NCBI GenBank assembly: GCA_963674755.2 | Contig: CAXXVS010000003.1 | Span: 1,888,001-1,952,000 of the forward strand | From: Desulfobacterales bacterium | GTDB taxonomy: Bacteria; Desulfobacterota; Desulfobacteria; Desulfobacterales; UBA5852 | Length of the DNA stretch: 64,000 nucleotides | Direction: 5' to 3' | Shown here: positions 26,235 to 36,628 of the stretch, piece after piece | How the letters are laid out: each line of letters begins with the position of its first letter | Position numbering within the stretch: the stretch's first letter is position 1 | The notes under the pieces: model-generated | Database searches by the model: none | The model's input: the letters and a program-made list of their open reading frames with translations, nothing else | Told to the model about the DNA's origin: nothing | Made by a program: the position numbers and the translations under genes

Positions 26235-27002
26235 ATGTCACAAGACAACCTTCGCATCGAATCGGCCACACTGGACTTTGGCGGGTTGCGCGCCCTGTCC
26301 AATGTCGACATTACCATCGAGTCGGGCTTGATCACCTCGGTCATCGGCCCCAACGGGGCCGGCAAAACCAGCCTGCTGAACTGCATTTCCGGTTTTTATC
26401 ACCCCACCCGGGGCGAAATCCATTTCGGCGCGCGCCGCCTGACCCACGCCTCGCCCCACCAGGTTTCCAGCCTCGGTATAGCGCGGGCTTTCCAGAACAT
26501 CGAACTTTTCAGCGGCATGACCGTGCTCGACAACCTCATGCTGGCCCGGCATCAGAAGCTGCGCTACAACTTTTTGCAGGCCCTGCTCTATTTCGGCGCC
26601 GCTTCCCGGCTGGAGGCCGAAAACCGCGGCTTTGTGGAAGACATTATCGATTTCATGGAGCTGGAGCCTTACCGCAAAAGCACGGTGGGCAGCTTGAGCT
26701 ACGGGGTTCAGAAGCGGGTCGAGGTGGCCCGGGCGCTCACCATGGGACCCCGGATCCTGCTGTTGGACGAGCCCATGGCGGGCATGAACATCGAGGAGAA
26801 GGAAGACATGGTGCGCTTCATCCTCGATATCCAGAAAGAGCGCGATATCACTGTCGTCCTGGTGGAGCACGACCTGGGGGTGGTCATGGATATCTCCGAC
26901 CGGATCTATGTGCTCGATTTCGGCCAGTTGATCGGCGCCGGACGGCCGGAGGAGGTGGCGGGGAATGCGGCGGTCATCGAAGCCTACATCGGCGAAGAGT
27001 GA
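26235..27002 (+). CDS. Liv-type ABC transporter ATP-binding protein (LivG-like)
   Basis: GPNGAGKT, LSYGVQKRVE, LLLDEP, VEHD. Confidence 0.92.
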   Translation: MSQDNLRIESATLDFGGLRALSNVDITIESGLITSVIGPNGAGKTSLLNCISGFYHPTRGEIHFGARRLTHASPHQVSSLGIARAFQNIELFSGMTVLDNLMLARHQKLRYNFLQALLYFGAASRLEAENRGFVEDIIDFMELEPYRKSTVGSLSYGVQKRVEVARALTMGPRILLLDEPMAGMNIEEKEDMVRFILDIQKERDITVVLVEHDLGVVMDISDRIYVLDFGQLIGAGRPEEVAGNAAVIEAYIGEE

Positions 27003-27122
27003 CGGATGCGGCATTGGGCCAATATCGGCGTTGCCCGGCATGCTTCGTCGCTGCGGCGTACCTGGTGTACGCCTCACTTCTCAGCATTTGGGCGCCGTAT
27101 CTTGGACCAATGCCGCATCCGT
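27002..27122. repeat. Palindromic intergenic repeat, subfamily B
   Basis: 16-bp terminal IR ACGGATGCGGCATTGG; core TCGTCGCTGCGGCGTAC-N-GTACGCCTC shared with 41897-42020. Confidence 0.8.
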
Positions 27123-27193
27123 TACGTCGGGAGAGCACGATACGAGGCAATTTTTTCGGTAACCATGACAAGGAAAGATTGACGACTTCATAA

Positions 27194-29122
27194 ATGGAAG
27201 ACCGCGACGACCTGTTAAAGTACACGATCCCCCAGCTGCTGCGCTGGCGGGTGCGGCAATCCGGCGACAAGGTGGCCCTGCGGGAAAAGGATTTCGGCCG
27301 CTGGAACACCTTCACCTGGAAAGATTACTACGACCACGTGCGCAAGTCCGGATTGGGCCTGGCCCGACTCGGCCTGGAGAAGGGCGACCGGATTGCCCTC
27401 ATCGGGGACAATATCCCCGAGCTGCTGTTCGTGGCTGTCGGGGCCCAGGCTCTGGGGGGCATCTCGGCCGGGCTCTACCAGTCCAGCCTGCCCAAGGAGA
27501 TCGCCGGCATCCTGAACTACCTGGGGGTCAGCATCGTCTTTTGCGACGACCAGGAGCAGGTGGACAAGCTGATCGAGGTCCGTCAGGAAATCCCCCAGGT
27601 GCGCAAGGTGATCTTCGAAGATCCGCGTGGCATGCGCAGCTACCGTTCGGATGACTGGTTCATGTCCATCGAGGAGCTCTACCGCATGGGTGATGCGGTG
27701 CACGCCGAGGCCCCCGAGCGCTTCGAGCAGTTGGTGGACCAGGGCGCACCGGACGACATCTGCCATCTCTGCCTCACGTCGGGCACCACCGGGCTGCCCA
27801 AGGGGGCCGAGATGATGCACCGCAACTACATCAACATGGGGTTGCAGATCACCAAGGTCGATCCCCTGGAAGAAACGGACGAATATCTCTCCTTTCTGCC
27901 CTTCGCCTGGATTGGCGAGCAGATGAACTCCTTCGGGGTGGCGCTGGCCACGGGCATCACCGTCAATTTCCCGGAATCCGTGGAAACCGCCATGGAAGAC
28001 CTGAAGGAGATCGGGCCGCACTTCGTCTTCGGGGCCCCGCGCATCTATGAGACCATCCGCTCCCAGATCTGGCTCAAGATCGACGAATCCTATCGTCTGA
28101 ACCAGGCCTTCTACCGCTATTTCATGACGGTGGGGGAGGTGGCGGCCACCTACCGCATGTCCGGCAAGGCCATGCCACCCTTGCTGCGTTTCAAGGCCTG
28201 GCTCGGCCAGACCCTGGTATTCCGGCCCCTGATCAACCAAATCGGTTTTCTCCGGCTGCGGCGGGCTTATACCGGCGGCGCGGCCCTGGGGCCGGAGCTG
28301 TTCACTTTTTACCAGGCCATCGGCATCAACCTGAAGCAGATCTATGGCCAGACCGAGATTACAGGCATCGCCTACATGCACTCGGACGGCGACGTGACCC
28401 CGGATACGGTGGGCATCCCGCTGCCCAGGACCGAGTGCAAGATCTCCGAGGAAGGGGAGATCCTCTCCCGTTCGCCCTCGGTCTGCCGGGGCTACTACAA
28501 ACTGCCCGAAAAGACCGCCGAACTGTTGACCGAGGGCTGGCTGCACTCCGGCGATGCGGGCTACATCGACGACAAGGGGCATCTGGTGGTGATCGACCGG
28601 CTGACGGACGTGATGCACAACCGCACCGGGGAGATGTTCAGCCCCCAGTTTCTGGAGAACAAGCTCAAGTTCAGTCCCTACATCAAGGAGGCCGTGATTT
28701 TCGGCGACCAGCGCGACTTTGTCTCCGCCCTGATCAATATCGATCCGATCATCGTGGGCAAATGGGCCGAGGACCGGGGCATCTCCTTTACGACCTTCAT
28801 GGACCTGTCCCTCAGGCCGGAGGTGGCCGAGTTGATCGGCCAGCAGATCGGCGACTTCAACCGCAACGTGGAAAAACCCCACTTCCGCATCCGGCGCTGG
28901 GCCATGCTCTACAAGCTCCTGGATGTGGACGACGGCGAATTGACCAAAACCGGCAAGATTCGGCGCAAGTACGTCCGTGAAAAGTACGAAGAACTCTACC
29001 AGGCGCTCTACGACGAGACGGTGGGGGAGAAAAAGGTTCAGGCCCAGTTCCAATACCAGGACGGCCAAATCACCACCGTGGAAACCCTGCTGCCGTTTTA
29101 CACGATGGAAGAGGTGTCATGA
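27194..29122 (+). CDS. Long-chain acyl-CoA synthetase (AMP-binding)
   Basis: LTSGTTGLPKG, YGQTE, GWLHSGDAG. Confidence 0.92.
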   Translation: MEDRDDLLKYTIPQLLRWRVRQSGDKVALREKDFGRWNTFTWKDYYDHVRKSGLGLARLGLEKGDRIALIGDNIPELLFVAVGAQALGGISAGLYQSSLPKEIAGILNYLGVSIVFCDDQEQVDKLIEVRQEIPQVRKVIFEDPRGMRSYRSDDWFMSIEELYRMGDAVHAEAPERFEQLVDQGAPDDICHLCLTSGTTGLPKGAEMMHRNYINMGLQITKVDPLEETDEYLSFLPFAWIGEQMNSFGVALATGITVNFPESVETAMEDLKEIGPHFVFGAPRIYETIRSQIWLKIDESYRLNQAFYRYFMTVGEVAATYRMSGKAMPPLLRFKAWLGQTLVFRPLINQIGFLRLRRAYTGGAALGPELFTFYQAIGINLKQIYGQTEITGIAYMHSDGDVTPDTVGIPLPRTECKISEEGEILSRSPSVCRGYYKLPEKTAELLTEGWLHSGDAGYIDDKGHLVVIDRLTDVMHNRTGEMFSPQFLENKLKFSPYIKEAVIFGDQRDFVSALINIDPIIVGKWAEDRGISFTTFMDLSLRPEVAELIGQQIGDFNRNVEKPHFRIRRWAMLYKLLDVDDGELTKTGKIRRKYVREKYEELYQALYDETVGEKKVQAQFQYQDGQITTVETLLPFYTMEEVS

Positions 29123-30012
29123 GTTATTTTTTTCAGCTGGTCGTCAGCGGCATCGTCGTGGGGTCGATCTATGCCCTGTCGGCGTTGGGATTCGTTCTGA
29201 TCTACAAATCCAGCCGGGTGCTGAACATCGCCCACGGGCAAATCATCGCCGGCGGCGCTTTTATCACTTACGCCCTCACCGTCTGGATCGGCCTTCCCAT
29301 CCTCCTCTCGTTTGTGGCCAGCATGGTGATCACCTTTTTTCTGGCCATGAGTGTCGAGCGGGTCTTCCTGCGCCGGCTGATCGGGGAGCCCATCATTTCG
29401 GTCATCATGGTGACCATCGGCCTGATGTCCATCCTGGACGGGGTCATTTACCTGACCCCCTTCGGCTCGATGAACTATTCCTTCCCGGAGTTTCTGCCGA
29501 CCACCCCCATCAGCCTGGGAGACGTATCCATCTCCTGGACCCAATTGATGGGGGTGATCATTACCGCCATTCTGATCGGGGCCTTTTCGTGGTTTTTCAA
29601 ACGCGCCACCCTGGGGATCAGCATGCGTGCGGTATCCGACGACCAGTTGGCTTCCATGAGCGTGGGCATTTCCGTGCCGCGGGTCTTCGGCCTGGCCTGG
29701 GCCATGGCCGGCCTCAGCGCGGCCGCGGCCGGCGGCATCATCGGCAACATTACCGGGCTGAACTTCGAAACCTTGCAGGCTTTTGGCATTACCGTATTTC
29801 CGGTGGTCATCCTGGGGGGGCTGGATTCCATCATCGGCGCCGTGGTGGCGGGCATCATCATGGGGCTTATCCAGCAATTCGCCTCGGGCTATCTGGACGG
29901 CAACTGGGGGCTCAACGGGACCGCCGATGTGCTGCCTTATATCATTCTTCTGATTATTCTCCTGTTCAAGCCCCACGGCCTGTTCGGGACGCATGAAATC
30001 GAGCGAGTCTGA
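29119..30012 (+). CDS. ABC permease (LivH-like)
   Basis: GSIYALSALGFVLIY, LNIAHG, VILGGLDS. Confidence 0.92.
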   Translation: MSYFFQLVVSGIVVGSIYALSALGFVLIYKSSRVLNIAHGQIIAGGAFITYALTVWIGLPILLSFVASMVITFFLAMSVERVFLRRLIGEPIISVIMVTIGLMSILDGVIYLTPFGSMNYSFPEFLPTTPISLGDVSISWTQLMGVIITAILIGAFSWFFKRATLGISMRAVSDDQLASMSVGISVPRVFGLAWAMAGLSAAAAGGIIGNITGLNFETLQAFGITVFPVVILGGLDSIIGAVVAGIIMGLIQQFASGYLDGNWGLNGTADVLPYIILLIILLFKPHGLFGTHEIERV

Positions 30013-30015
30013 ACC

Positions 30016-31110
30016 ATGTCGACCAATCGATGGTTTGCCACAGGGAATTTTTTCACCAGCTACCGGGAAGAGCAGCGGATCTTCAAGACGCACGTCGACC
30101 GGCTGTTTTTTATCGCCTTCATCGTCAGCCTCTTCGTCTGGCCGCTCTTCATCGCCACCAGCAACCGCAATATGCTCGTGATCAACAACATGCTGATCGC
30201 CGTGGTGGCGGTTTACGGCCTGAATCTGGTGACCGGATTCGCCGGACTGATCTCCATCGGCCACGCCGCCTTTGTGGGCATCGGCGCCTATACCCTGGCC
30301 GCAACGGCCCGCACCATCGGTGACAGCCATGTCCTGATCACCCATGCCTGGCCCCTCATGATCATCGTTTCCGGTCTGGTGGGGGCGGCCTTCGGCGCCT
30401 TCGTGGGGCTGCCGGCCATGCGTCTCAAACATCTCTATCTGGCCATCGCGACCCTCTCGTTTCAGATGATTTTCACCTGGACCATCAAATTCATGACCTT
30501 TTTCAACCAGGGCCAGATGATACCGGTGGGCCGGGTCTACTGGATTACGGGCCGTATCGGGCGCAGCAACCATTATTTCTTCTGGTACTATGTGATTTTA
30601 GTGACGGCGGTGATCTGCGGTCTGGCCGTCCGCAACCTGCTGCGCACCCGCTATGGGCGCTGCCTGGTGGCGGTCCGGGACAACGACCGGGCCGCGGACG
30701 CCATGGGGATGCACCCGGGGCTGACCAAAGTCTATGCCTTTGCCCTGGCGGGGTTTTTCGCCGGAGTCGCCGGAGCGTTGCATACCTATATGTATCGCGG
30801 GGCCGGCTTCGAGTCGTTCACCCTGCACCACTCGATCATCTACCTGGCCATGGCCATCGTGGGGGGGCTGGGCACCCTGCCGGGGAGTTTTCTGGGTCCG
30901 GTGGCCATTCAGGCCCTCCAGCTGCAGATGGAACATCTTTCCGAATGGGCCGGCCACTATCTGCCCGCCAGCATGAATCTGGCCACGGCCCTGAAGCCCC
31001 TCGGATTCGGCCTGGTGATCGTCCTGTTTTTGATGTTCGAACCGCGGGGAGTGGCCAACTGGTGGCGTATTTGCCGTTCGTATGTCAAGCTCTGGCCCTT
31101 CCGTTATTAA
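30016..31110 (+). CDS. ABC permease (LivM-like)
   Basis: GLNLVTGFAGLISIGHAAF, YLAIATL, AVRDND.AA. Confidence 0.92.
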   Translation: MSTNRWFATGNFFTSYREEQRIFKTHVDRLFFIAFIVSLFVWPLFIATSNRNMLVINNMLIAVVAVYGLNLVTGFAGLISIGHAAFVGIGAYTLAATARTIGDSHVLITHAWPLMIIVSGLVGAAFGAFVGLPAMRLKHLYLAIATLSFQMIFTWTIKFMTFFNQGQMIPVGRVYWITGRIGRSNHYFFWYYVILVTAVICGLAVRNLLRTRYGRCLVAVRDNDRAADAMGMHPGLTKVYAFALAGFFAGVAGALHTYMYRGAGFESFTLHHSIIYLAMAIVGGLGTLPGSFLGPVAIQALQLQMEHLSEWAGHYLPASMNLATALKPLGFGLVIVLFLMFEPRGVANWWRICRSYVKLWPFRY

Positions 31111-31112
31111 GG

Positions 31113-31303
31113 AGTGATCATCCATAAATGGTAGAATTCGGTTCCTGGCAAGGCTCGAGCGCGTTTTCCCATTTCGCGGGACTTCCCATCCGATTGATTC
31201 CGAACGGTGGGTGTCAACCGGAGGAATAGCGCGCGATTTCGAGGATTGAAAACAAGCGCGAACGCGGCCAGGGGCCGAAGGATGCCATCTACGGATGGGC
31301 ACT
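31113..31303. repeat. Palindromic intergenic repeat, subfamily A (reverse orientation, expanded interior)
   Basis: Ends AGTGATCATCC/GGATGGGCACT; GGTAGAATTCGGTTCCTGGCAAGGC ... GCGGCCAGGGGCCGAAGGATGCC matches the reverse complement of the 57532 and 51818 copies. Confidence 0.7.
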
Positions 31304-31388
31304 AGGGAGGTTCCGGGATATCGGGCGGCCCGCGATAAGCCGCGGCGCCGCCGAACGAGGTTCACCCATCACCAATAAAGGGGGAGAA

Positions 31389-32609
31389 ATGAAAAGAAAT
31401 CTTCATCGGCTATGGGTTGTTGCAATAGCACTTGGGTTGGCCGTCATGCTCACGGTACCGGCCCAGGCCGCCGAAACCTACCAGCTCGGTTTGTCGCTGG
31501 CCATAACCGGTCCCACCTCGGATGCCGGCAATCCTTACTCCAAGGGCGTGGAAGACTATATCAATTTCGCCAACGAGACCAAGATCCTGGGGGATGCCAA
31601 GATCGACTGCCCCATCCGCGACGACATGTACGAGACCGCCGTGACCAAACGCAACTTCGAGGATTTCCTCGATCAGGGCATGGTGCTCTTCCTGAGCTAT
31701 GCCACGGGTGCCAACCAGGCCCTGGCCCAGGACTACAACGAGGTCAAGATTCCGGTAATCCCGGCCTCCATGGATAGTTCGCTGGTGAAGGCCTCCCCGT
31801 ACATTTTTCTCCCCATTCTCTCCTATTCCCACCAGTATGTCGGCGCGGCCGAATACGTGGCGAAACATCACAAGGGGAGCGGTGTGCCCAAGGTGGCCGC
31901 GTTTATTCATCCTTCGGCCTTTGGGCGGGCGCCCCTGGCGGATTTCAAGGCGGCTCTGGCCGCGGGATTGAAGCTGGATCTGGTCGAGGTCGTCGAACAC
32001 GGCAAAGATCTGGACAACAGCGCTCTTCTGCAGCGGCTCAAGAGCAAAGGGGTCCAGTATGTGCTGTGCCAGACGGTCCAGTCGCCGGTGGCCACCCTGC
32101 TCAACGATGCCCAGCGCCTGGGCATGACGGCCAAGACCTTCGGCGAACCCGGGAAGATCACCTTCCTGGGCGCCCACTATACCGGCGGCAACGACTTGAT
32201 CGCCCTGGCCGGTTCCGCGGCGGAAGGGTATTACTGGACCACCGCCTACCATGTGACCTCCGAACCGGGCCCCTGGAGAGACTGGCAGCTCGATATGGCC
32301 AAAAGATTCGGACGCGACGAGAAGACGGCCAACTCCCACAACTATGCCTGCGGCATGATGGCGGCCCAGATCGCCGTGGAGGCCATCCGCCGCACCCGTG
32401 ACGCCGGCCAGGAAGTCACGATGGCGTCGCTTTACGATACCCTTAACCAGATGAACGGGGACAAAGCTTTTAGCACGGTGCTCGCCGTCGGGCCGGTGAC
32501 GTATTCCCCGACCGACCGCATGGGGGTTGATGTCGTCCAACTCTACGGCGTCAAGGACGGGGCATTCATGTCCGTGGGCAAGCCGTTCAAGCCGGAATTC
32601 ATGAAATAG
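31389..32609 (+). CDS. ABC substrate-binding protein (LivK-like)
   Basis: Signal peptide ending AQA; periplasmic binding protein pattern AITGPTSD; operon context. Confidence 0.88.
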   Translation: MKRNLHRLWVVAIALGLAVMLTVPAQAAETYQLGLSLAITGPTSDAGNPYSKGVEDYINFANETKILGDAKIDCPIRDDMYETAVTKRNFEDFLDQGMVLFLSYATGANQALAQDYNEVKIPVIPASMDSSLVKASPYIFLPILSYSHQYVGAAEYVAKHHKGSGVPKVAAFIHPSAFGRAPLADFKAALAAGLKLDLVEVVEHGKDLDNSALLQRLKSKGVQYVLCQTVQSPVATLLNDAQRLGMTAKTFGEPGKITFLGAHYTGGNDLIALAGSAAEGYYWTTAYHVTSEPGPWRDWQLDMAKRFGRDEKTANSHNYACGMMAAQIAVEAIRRTRDAGQEVTMASLYDTLNQMNGDKAFSTVLAVGPVTYSPTDRMGVDVVQLYGVKDGAFMSVGKPFKPEFMK

Positions 32610-32672
32610 GAAAGGGATCGCTCTCCCGGCGTTTTTCTTCAAAAGTAACCCTGTACGAATCGAATCGAGGCC

Positions 32673-33494
32673 ATGGAAACGAATGCCCCGGACCGTCCGC
32701 TTCTGGAAGTCAACAACATCGAAGTGGTTTACAACGACATCATTCAGGTATTGCGGGGCGTAAGCCTGTCGGTGCCCAAGGGCCGCATCGTGGCCCTGTT
32801 GGGCACCAACGGGGCCGGCAAGACCACCACGCTGCGCGCCATCAGCGGCCTGCTCAAGCCGGAAAACGGATTCATCCGGGACGGCTACATCAAGTTCAAC
32901 GGCCATGATGTGACCAACCGTCTGGGGACCGAGGTAGTGAAACAGGGAGCGGTGATGGTGCCCGAAGGGCGGCGCGTTTTCAAACACCTGACCGTGGACG
33001 AGAACATCCTGGTGGGATCCATCACCCGCACCGACGGCGGCCGCAAGATTCGCGCCGACCACGAGCAGATGTACAAACACTTCCCGCGGCTGGCGGAAAT
33101 CACCAACCGCATGGCGGGCTACTGCTCCGGCGGCGAGCAGCAGATGATCGCCATCGCCCGGGCTCTCATGGCGGCCCCCCAGATGCTGATGCTGGACGAG
33201 CCCTCCCTGGGCCTGGCGCCCCTGCTGGTGAAGGAGATCTTCCGCAATATCGAGATCATCAACCAGGAATTGCAGACCACGATTCTGGTGGTGGAGCAGA
33301 ATGCCAAGATCGCCCTGAAGATCTCCGACTACGCCTACATCATGGAATCGGGCAAGATCGTCATGGAAGGGTCCTCCCAGGAACTGCAGAACAATCCGGA
33401 TGTCAAAGAGTTCTACATGGGGGTTACCCAGGGCGGGGGACGGAAGTCGTTTAAAGAGGTGAAGTCGTATAAACGCCGGAAGCGCTGGATGTAG
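32673..33494 (+). CDS. ABC ATP-binding protein (LivF-like)
   Basis: GTNGAGKT, SGGEQQM, LDEPSLGLAP, VEQNA. Confidence 0.92.
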   Translation: METNAPDRPLLEVNNIEVVYNDIIQVLRGVSLSVPKGRIVALLGTNGAGKTTTLRAISGLLKPENGFIRDGYIKFNGHDVTNRLGTEVVKQGAVMVPEGRRVFKHLTVDENILVGSITRTDGGRKIRADHEQMYKHFPRLAEITNRMAGYCSGGEQQMIAIARALMAAPQMLMLDEPSLGLAPLLVKEIFRNIEIINQELQTTILVVEQNAKIALKISDYAYIMESGKIVMEGSSQELQNNPDVKEFYMGVTQGGGRKSFKEVKSYKRRKRWM

Positions 33495-33496
33495 CC

Positions 33497-34043
33497 GTTG
33501 GGCTTATCAGACGGCGCTTTTTGGCCCCTGCCGGCGTTCTCGCCCTTTTGGCGCCGCAGGCGTAGCCCACGCTACGTCGAGGACGGCAAAAGGGTCTGCG
33601 GCCTTGGCAGGGAACCAAAATTCACCGCCTGATAAGCCCAACAGGTACTGCAGGCGGCGCCTTTTGGCCCCCTGCCGGCGTTCTCGCCCTTTTGCCGTCC
33701 TCGACGTAGCGTGAGCTACGCCTGCGGCGCCAAAAGGGTCTGCGGCCTTGGCAGGGAACCAAAAGGCGCCGTCTGATAAGCCCAACAGGGACTGCAGGCG
33801 ACACCTTTGGCCCCCTGCCGGCGTTTTCGCCCTTTTGCCGTCCTCGACGTAGCGTGAGCTACGCCTGGGGCGCCAAAAGGGTCTGCGGCCTTGGCAGGGA
33901 ACCAAAATTCACCGCCTGATAAGCCCAACAGGGACTGCAGGCGACACCTTTGGCCCCCTGCCGGCTTCTCGTCCTATTGCCGTCCTCGACGTAGCGTGAG
34001 CTACGCCTGGGGCGCCAAAAGGGTCTGCGGCCTTGGCAGGAAC
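33497..34043. repeat. Tandem array of four ~143-bp palindromic units (subfamily A), last unit partial
   Basis: Units at 33497-33642, 33643-33786, 33787-33929 and 33930-34043; each has TTTGGCCCC..GCCGGC ... GCGGCCTTGGCAGG. Confidence 0.93.
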
Positions 34044-34168
34044 AAGTTGAGCTACCCCGGGCGCATCACGTATTGGCCTGATGGGCGCGCTTCTTTTTCC
34101 TGTTGATCTAAATCAGTGTTTTTGGCACATGTAAGGTTGCGAAAAAGCCTGTCGATGAGAGGGGGGCG

Positions 34169-34576
34169 TTGACCGTGCAGAAAAAATATCTAGTAGCATA
34201 CAACGGGTCGGAGGCTTCCAGGGTGGCTTTGGAATTGGCCAAGCATCAGGCCGTGCTGCGGGGATCCCATGTGGACATCGTGACATCCATGGAGGGCGGC
34301 CCCAAGGAAAAGCCCGAGGCCATCAGTGAGGCCAATTTTCTTCTGGAAGAGGCCGGCAAAGACCTCAAGGCGGCCGGTGTCGTCTGCGCGGTGCACCAAC
34401 TTGTGCGGGGCTTGTCGCCGGGCGAGGATGTCGTTAAATTCGCCGAAGACAATGAGACCGATTTTATCTTCGTGGGCATCGAGAAGAAGTCCCGCGCCCA
34501 GAAAATCCTCCTGGGCTCCACAGCCCAGTACATCATCCTCAAGGCGGGCTGCCCGGTGGTGACGGTCAAGCCCTGA
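34169..34576 (+). CDS. Universal stress protein
   Basis: YLVAYNGSEAS..AL and ILLGSTAQYIILKAGCPVVTV. Confidence 0.9.
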   Translation: MTVQKKYLVAYNGSEASRVALELAKHQAVLRGSHVDIVTSMEGGPKEKPEAISEANFLLEEAGKDLKAAGVVCAVHQLVRGLSPGEDVVKFAEDNETDFIFVGIEKKSRAQKILLGSTAQYIILKAGCPVVTVKP

Positions 34577-34689
34577 GCTTGGCCCCGGACAGCGCATCCC
34601 ACCCTCCGCGGCTTTCCCACCGATTCTCTTTGGGGCCGGATCCCGTCGGATCACGATCCGGCCGCCTACGGTTTGTCTGCCGGCCGGCC

Positions 34690-35610
34690 TCACAGGGGCA
34701 GACGGCGCAGGAAAGGCCGGACGCCCAGCTGATCTTCGAGCTGACGGCGAACCGCAAGGGCCTTGTTCTCGTCGTTATAGGGGCCGACCGTGACCTTGTG
34801 CCAGGCGGTTTGTTGGCGCATTTCCGTATGAATGGCGGCCGGGAATCCTTGTGCGGAAAGGATATCCCGCTGCTCCAGGGCCAACTGGCGGTCCAAATAG
34901 GCACCGACCTGCAGTTCGTAATGCCAGGTAGCGGCCGGGGGGGCAGACCCGTCGGGGCCGGGAATACGATCGGCCAGAAAGCGGGTAAGCTCATCCACCG
35001 CCCGGACGATCTGGCTGTCGCGCAGATTCCATCCCGTGCGGGCGCTGCTCAGGGGGATGCCCAGGGGGGTCAGGGGCAGGCTGCCGTCCTGCAGGAGGGC
35101 CACATAACGGTCCGACCAGAGACGCCGACCGTCCTGGGTGCTGTAAATCATGATCGTGGCCCCGACGCTTACGTGGGAGTAGATTCCCATATACAAGCGT
35201 TCATATTCGGTCACCGTGCCGGATACGACGGCATCGCAGCCCAGCCGGCCCCCCAGCCGGCGGAGACTCTGCGGGGTCAGTGCGCCGGCCGCTAAATCTT
35301 TTTCGTCTTCCAATACACGATCCACCTGAAACAACTCCACATCCTGGAACGGACGATGGCTGAGGTGGCCGTACAGGCCTTCCCGGACCATCCGGCCCAG
35401 TTCCGGCATGTCGGTCTGGTTGGCGAAAGGGAGGATCGCGATGGACCGCGGGGCCGCACCGTCGTGGAGGGTGCTCATCTCCTGGTAGACGACCTGCGGT
35501 CGGGAGAGGCAGCCGGTGATCGTCATCACGAGGACCAGCAGGATCATTGTCATCGGCGGCGTCCGCGGATGCTGTCGGGCCCGTTGGCTCTGGGATTCTT
35601 GATGTGTCAT
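34690..35610 (-). CDS. Lipoprotein with C-terminal SPOR domain
   Basis: Lipobox ITGC; SIAILPF.N; YELQVGAY...WHKVTVGPY SPOR pattern; start uncertain. Confidence 0.75.
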   Translation of the reverse strand: MTHQESQSQRARQHPRTPPMTMILLVLVMTITGCLSRPQVVYQEMSTLHDGAAPRSIAILPFANQTDMPELGRMVREGLYGHLSHRPFQDVELFQVDRVLEDEKDLAAGALTPQSLRRLGGRLGCDAVVSGTVTEYERLYMGIYSHVSVGATIMIYSTQDGRRLWSDRYVALLQDGSLPLTPLGIPLSSARTGWNLRDSQIVRAVDELTRFLADRIPGPDGSAPPAATWHYELQVGAYLDRQLALEQRDILSAQGFPAAIHTEMRQQTAWHKVTVGPYNDENKALAVRRQLEDQLGVRPFLRRLPL

Positions 35611-35762
35611 GGCGGCCTTGAAAAAATAATCGCGGGTGCCTTTGGCGCTGCTCTACAGGAAAATCCTCCGCGCTTCGCTGCGTCTGGCGGTGACCAAAAG
35701 AAGCACAAGTCATTTAACGCGCCGTTGGCGCGAATGTCAAAACCAACCCGGGGGCCTGCTGA

Positions 35763-35791
35763 TTGACTCGGCAAGGAGGATAACGTATAGT
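35763..35791 (+). promoter_or_regulatory. sigma70 promoter of the ACT-domain gene
   Basis: TTGACT-17 bp-TATAGT. Confidence 0.65.
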
Positions 35792-35888
35792 GACTCACTC
35801 TGGAAAGCGACATTATTGCGAGGCCTTTGTAAGATAAGGATGTCTGGCAGAGGCCGTTCCCCTTGCCCCCCAAGGAGGATAGATCGTC

Positions 35889-36383
35889 ATGATCAGGACC
35901 GAAATCTCTCTTTTTTTGCAGAATGCGCCGGGTGCGCTGGCCAAGCTTTCGACGCTTTTTTCCGAAACCGGCATCAACATCGACGCCATCACGATCCAGG
36001 ATGCGTCCAGCTACGTGCAGGAACTCTTCCGGGCCCGGGGCAAATCCCTCAAGCGCATCGCTTCGGCCGCCAGCTACAACTCCATGCGCAAGGATTCCGC
36101 CGAATATGCCCTGATCCGCCTTCTGCCGGCCGACGGCAAAACAAATGCCGCCATCGACCTGCTTTCCAAGAACGACTATCTCTTCGACATGCTGCCGGTC
36201 ATCGCGTTGGAGCTGGAAAATCGTCCGGGGGCTATGGCGGAGGTGACCGCCAAGTTCGGCGAAGCCGGCATCAACATCAACTATGTATACGGATCGGTGT
36301 CCTCTCCGGAGGAAAAATGCCTGTTCGTTTTTTGTCCGGAAGATATCGATCTGGCATCGAAAATTTTTAGCGATCACCCCTAA
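35889..36383 (+). CDS. Tandem ACT-domain protein
   Basis: ISLFLQNAPGAL...GINI and ENRPGAM...AGININYVYGS; AGGAGG RBS. Confidence 0.87.
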   Translation: MIRTEISLFLQNAPGALAKLSTLFSETGINIDAITIQDASSYVQELFRARGKSLKRIASAASYNSMRKDSAEYALIRLLPADGKTNAAIDLLSKNDYLFDMLPVIALELENRPGAMAEVTAKFGEAGININYVYGSVSSPEEKCLFVFCPEDIDLASKIFSDHP

Positions 36384-36628
36384 AACAGCCCAGGGCTCAT
36401 GGCAAGGCGCGCGACCCCGGAGTCCTGCCATGAGTCTGCGTTACCACAGACGGCGCTGATAAGCCGTCGCCCATCCCTGCGTCACTTTCCCGGGCAAACC
36501 GGTCCCCCCCGCTCCTCTTGCTGAAATGCCATGCCCGCTGCCCGGGCACGACCACCCAATTATTTCCTCCAAACCCATAAACTTTTGCGGCGGCGTGCCG
36601 ATAATGAGGGCAGGAGGACGTTAGACTC

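Noticed and set aside
33497..34043. Possible CRISPR array
   Set aside because: Units are ~143 bp and nearly identical throughout, with no unique spacers and no cas genes in the window
33507..34106. Short ORFs across the tandem array
   Set aside because: They are translations of the repeat units, with no RBS or protein-like features
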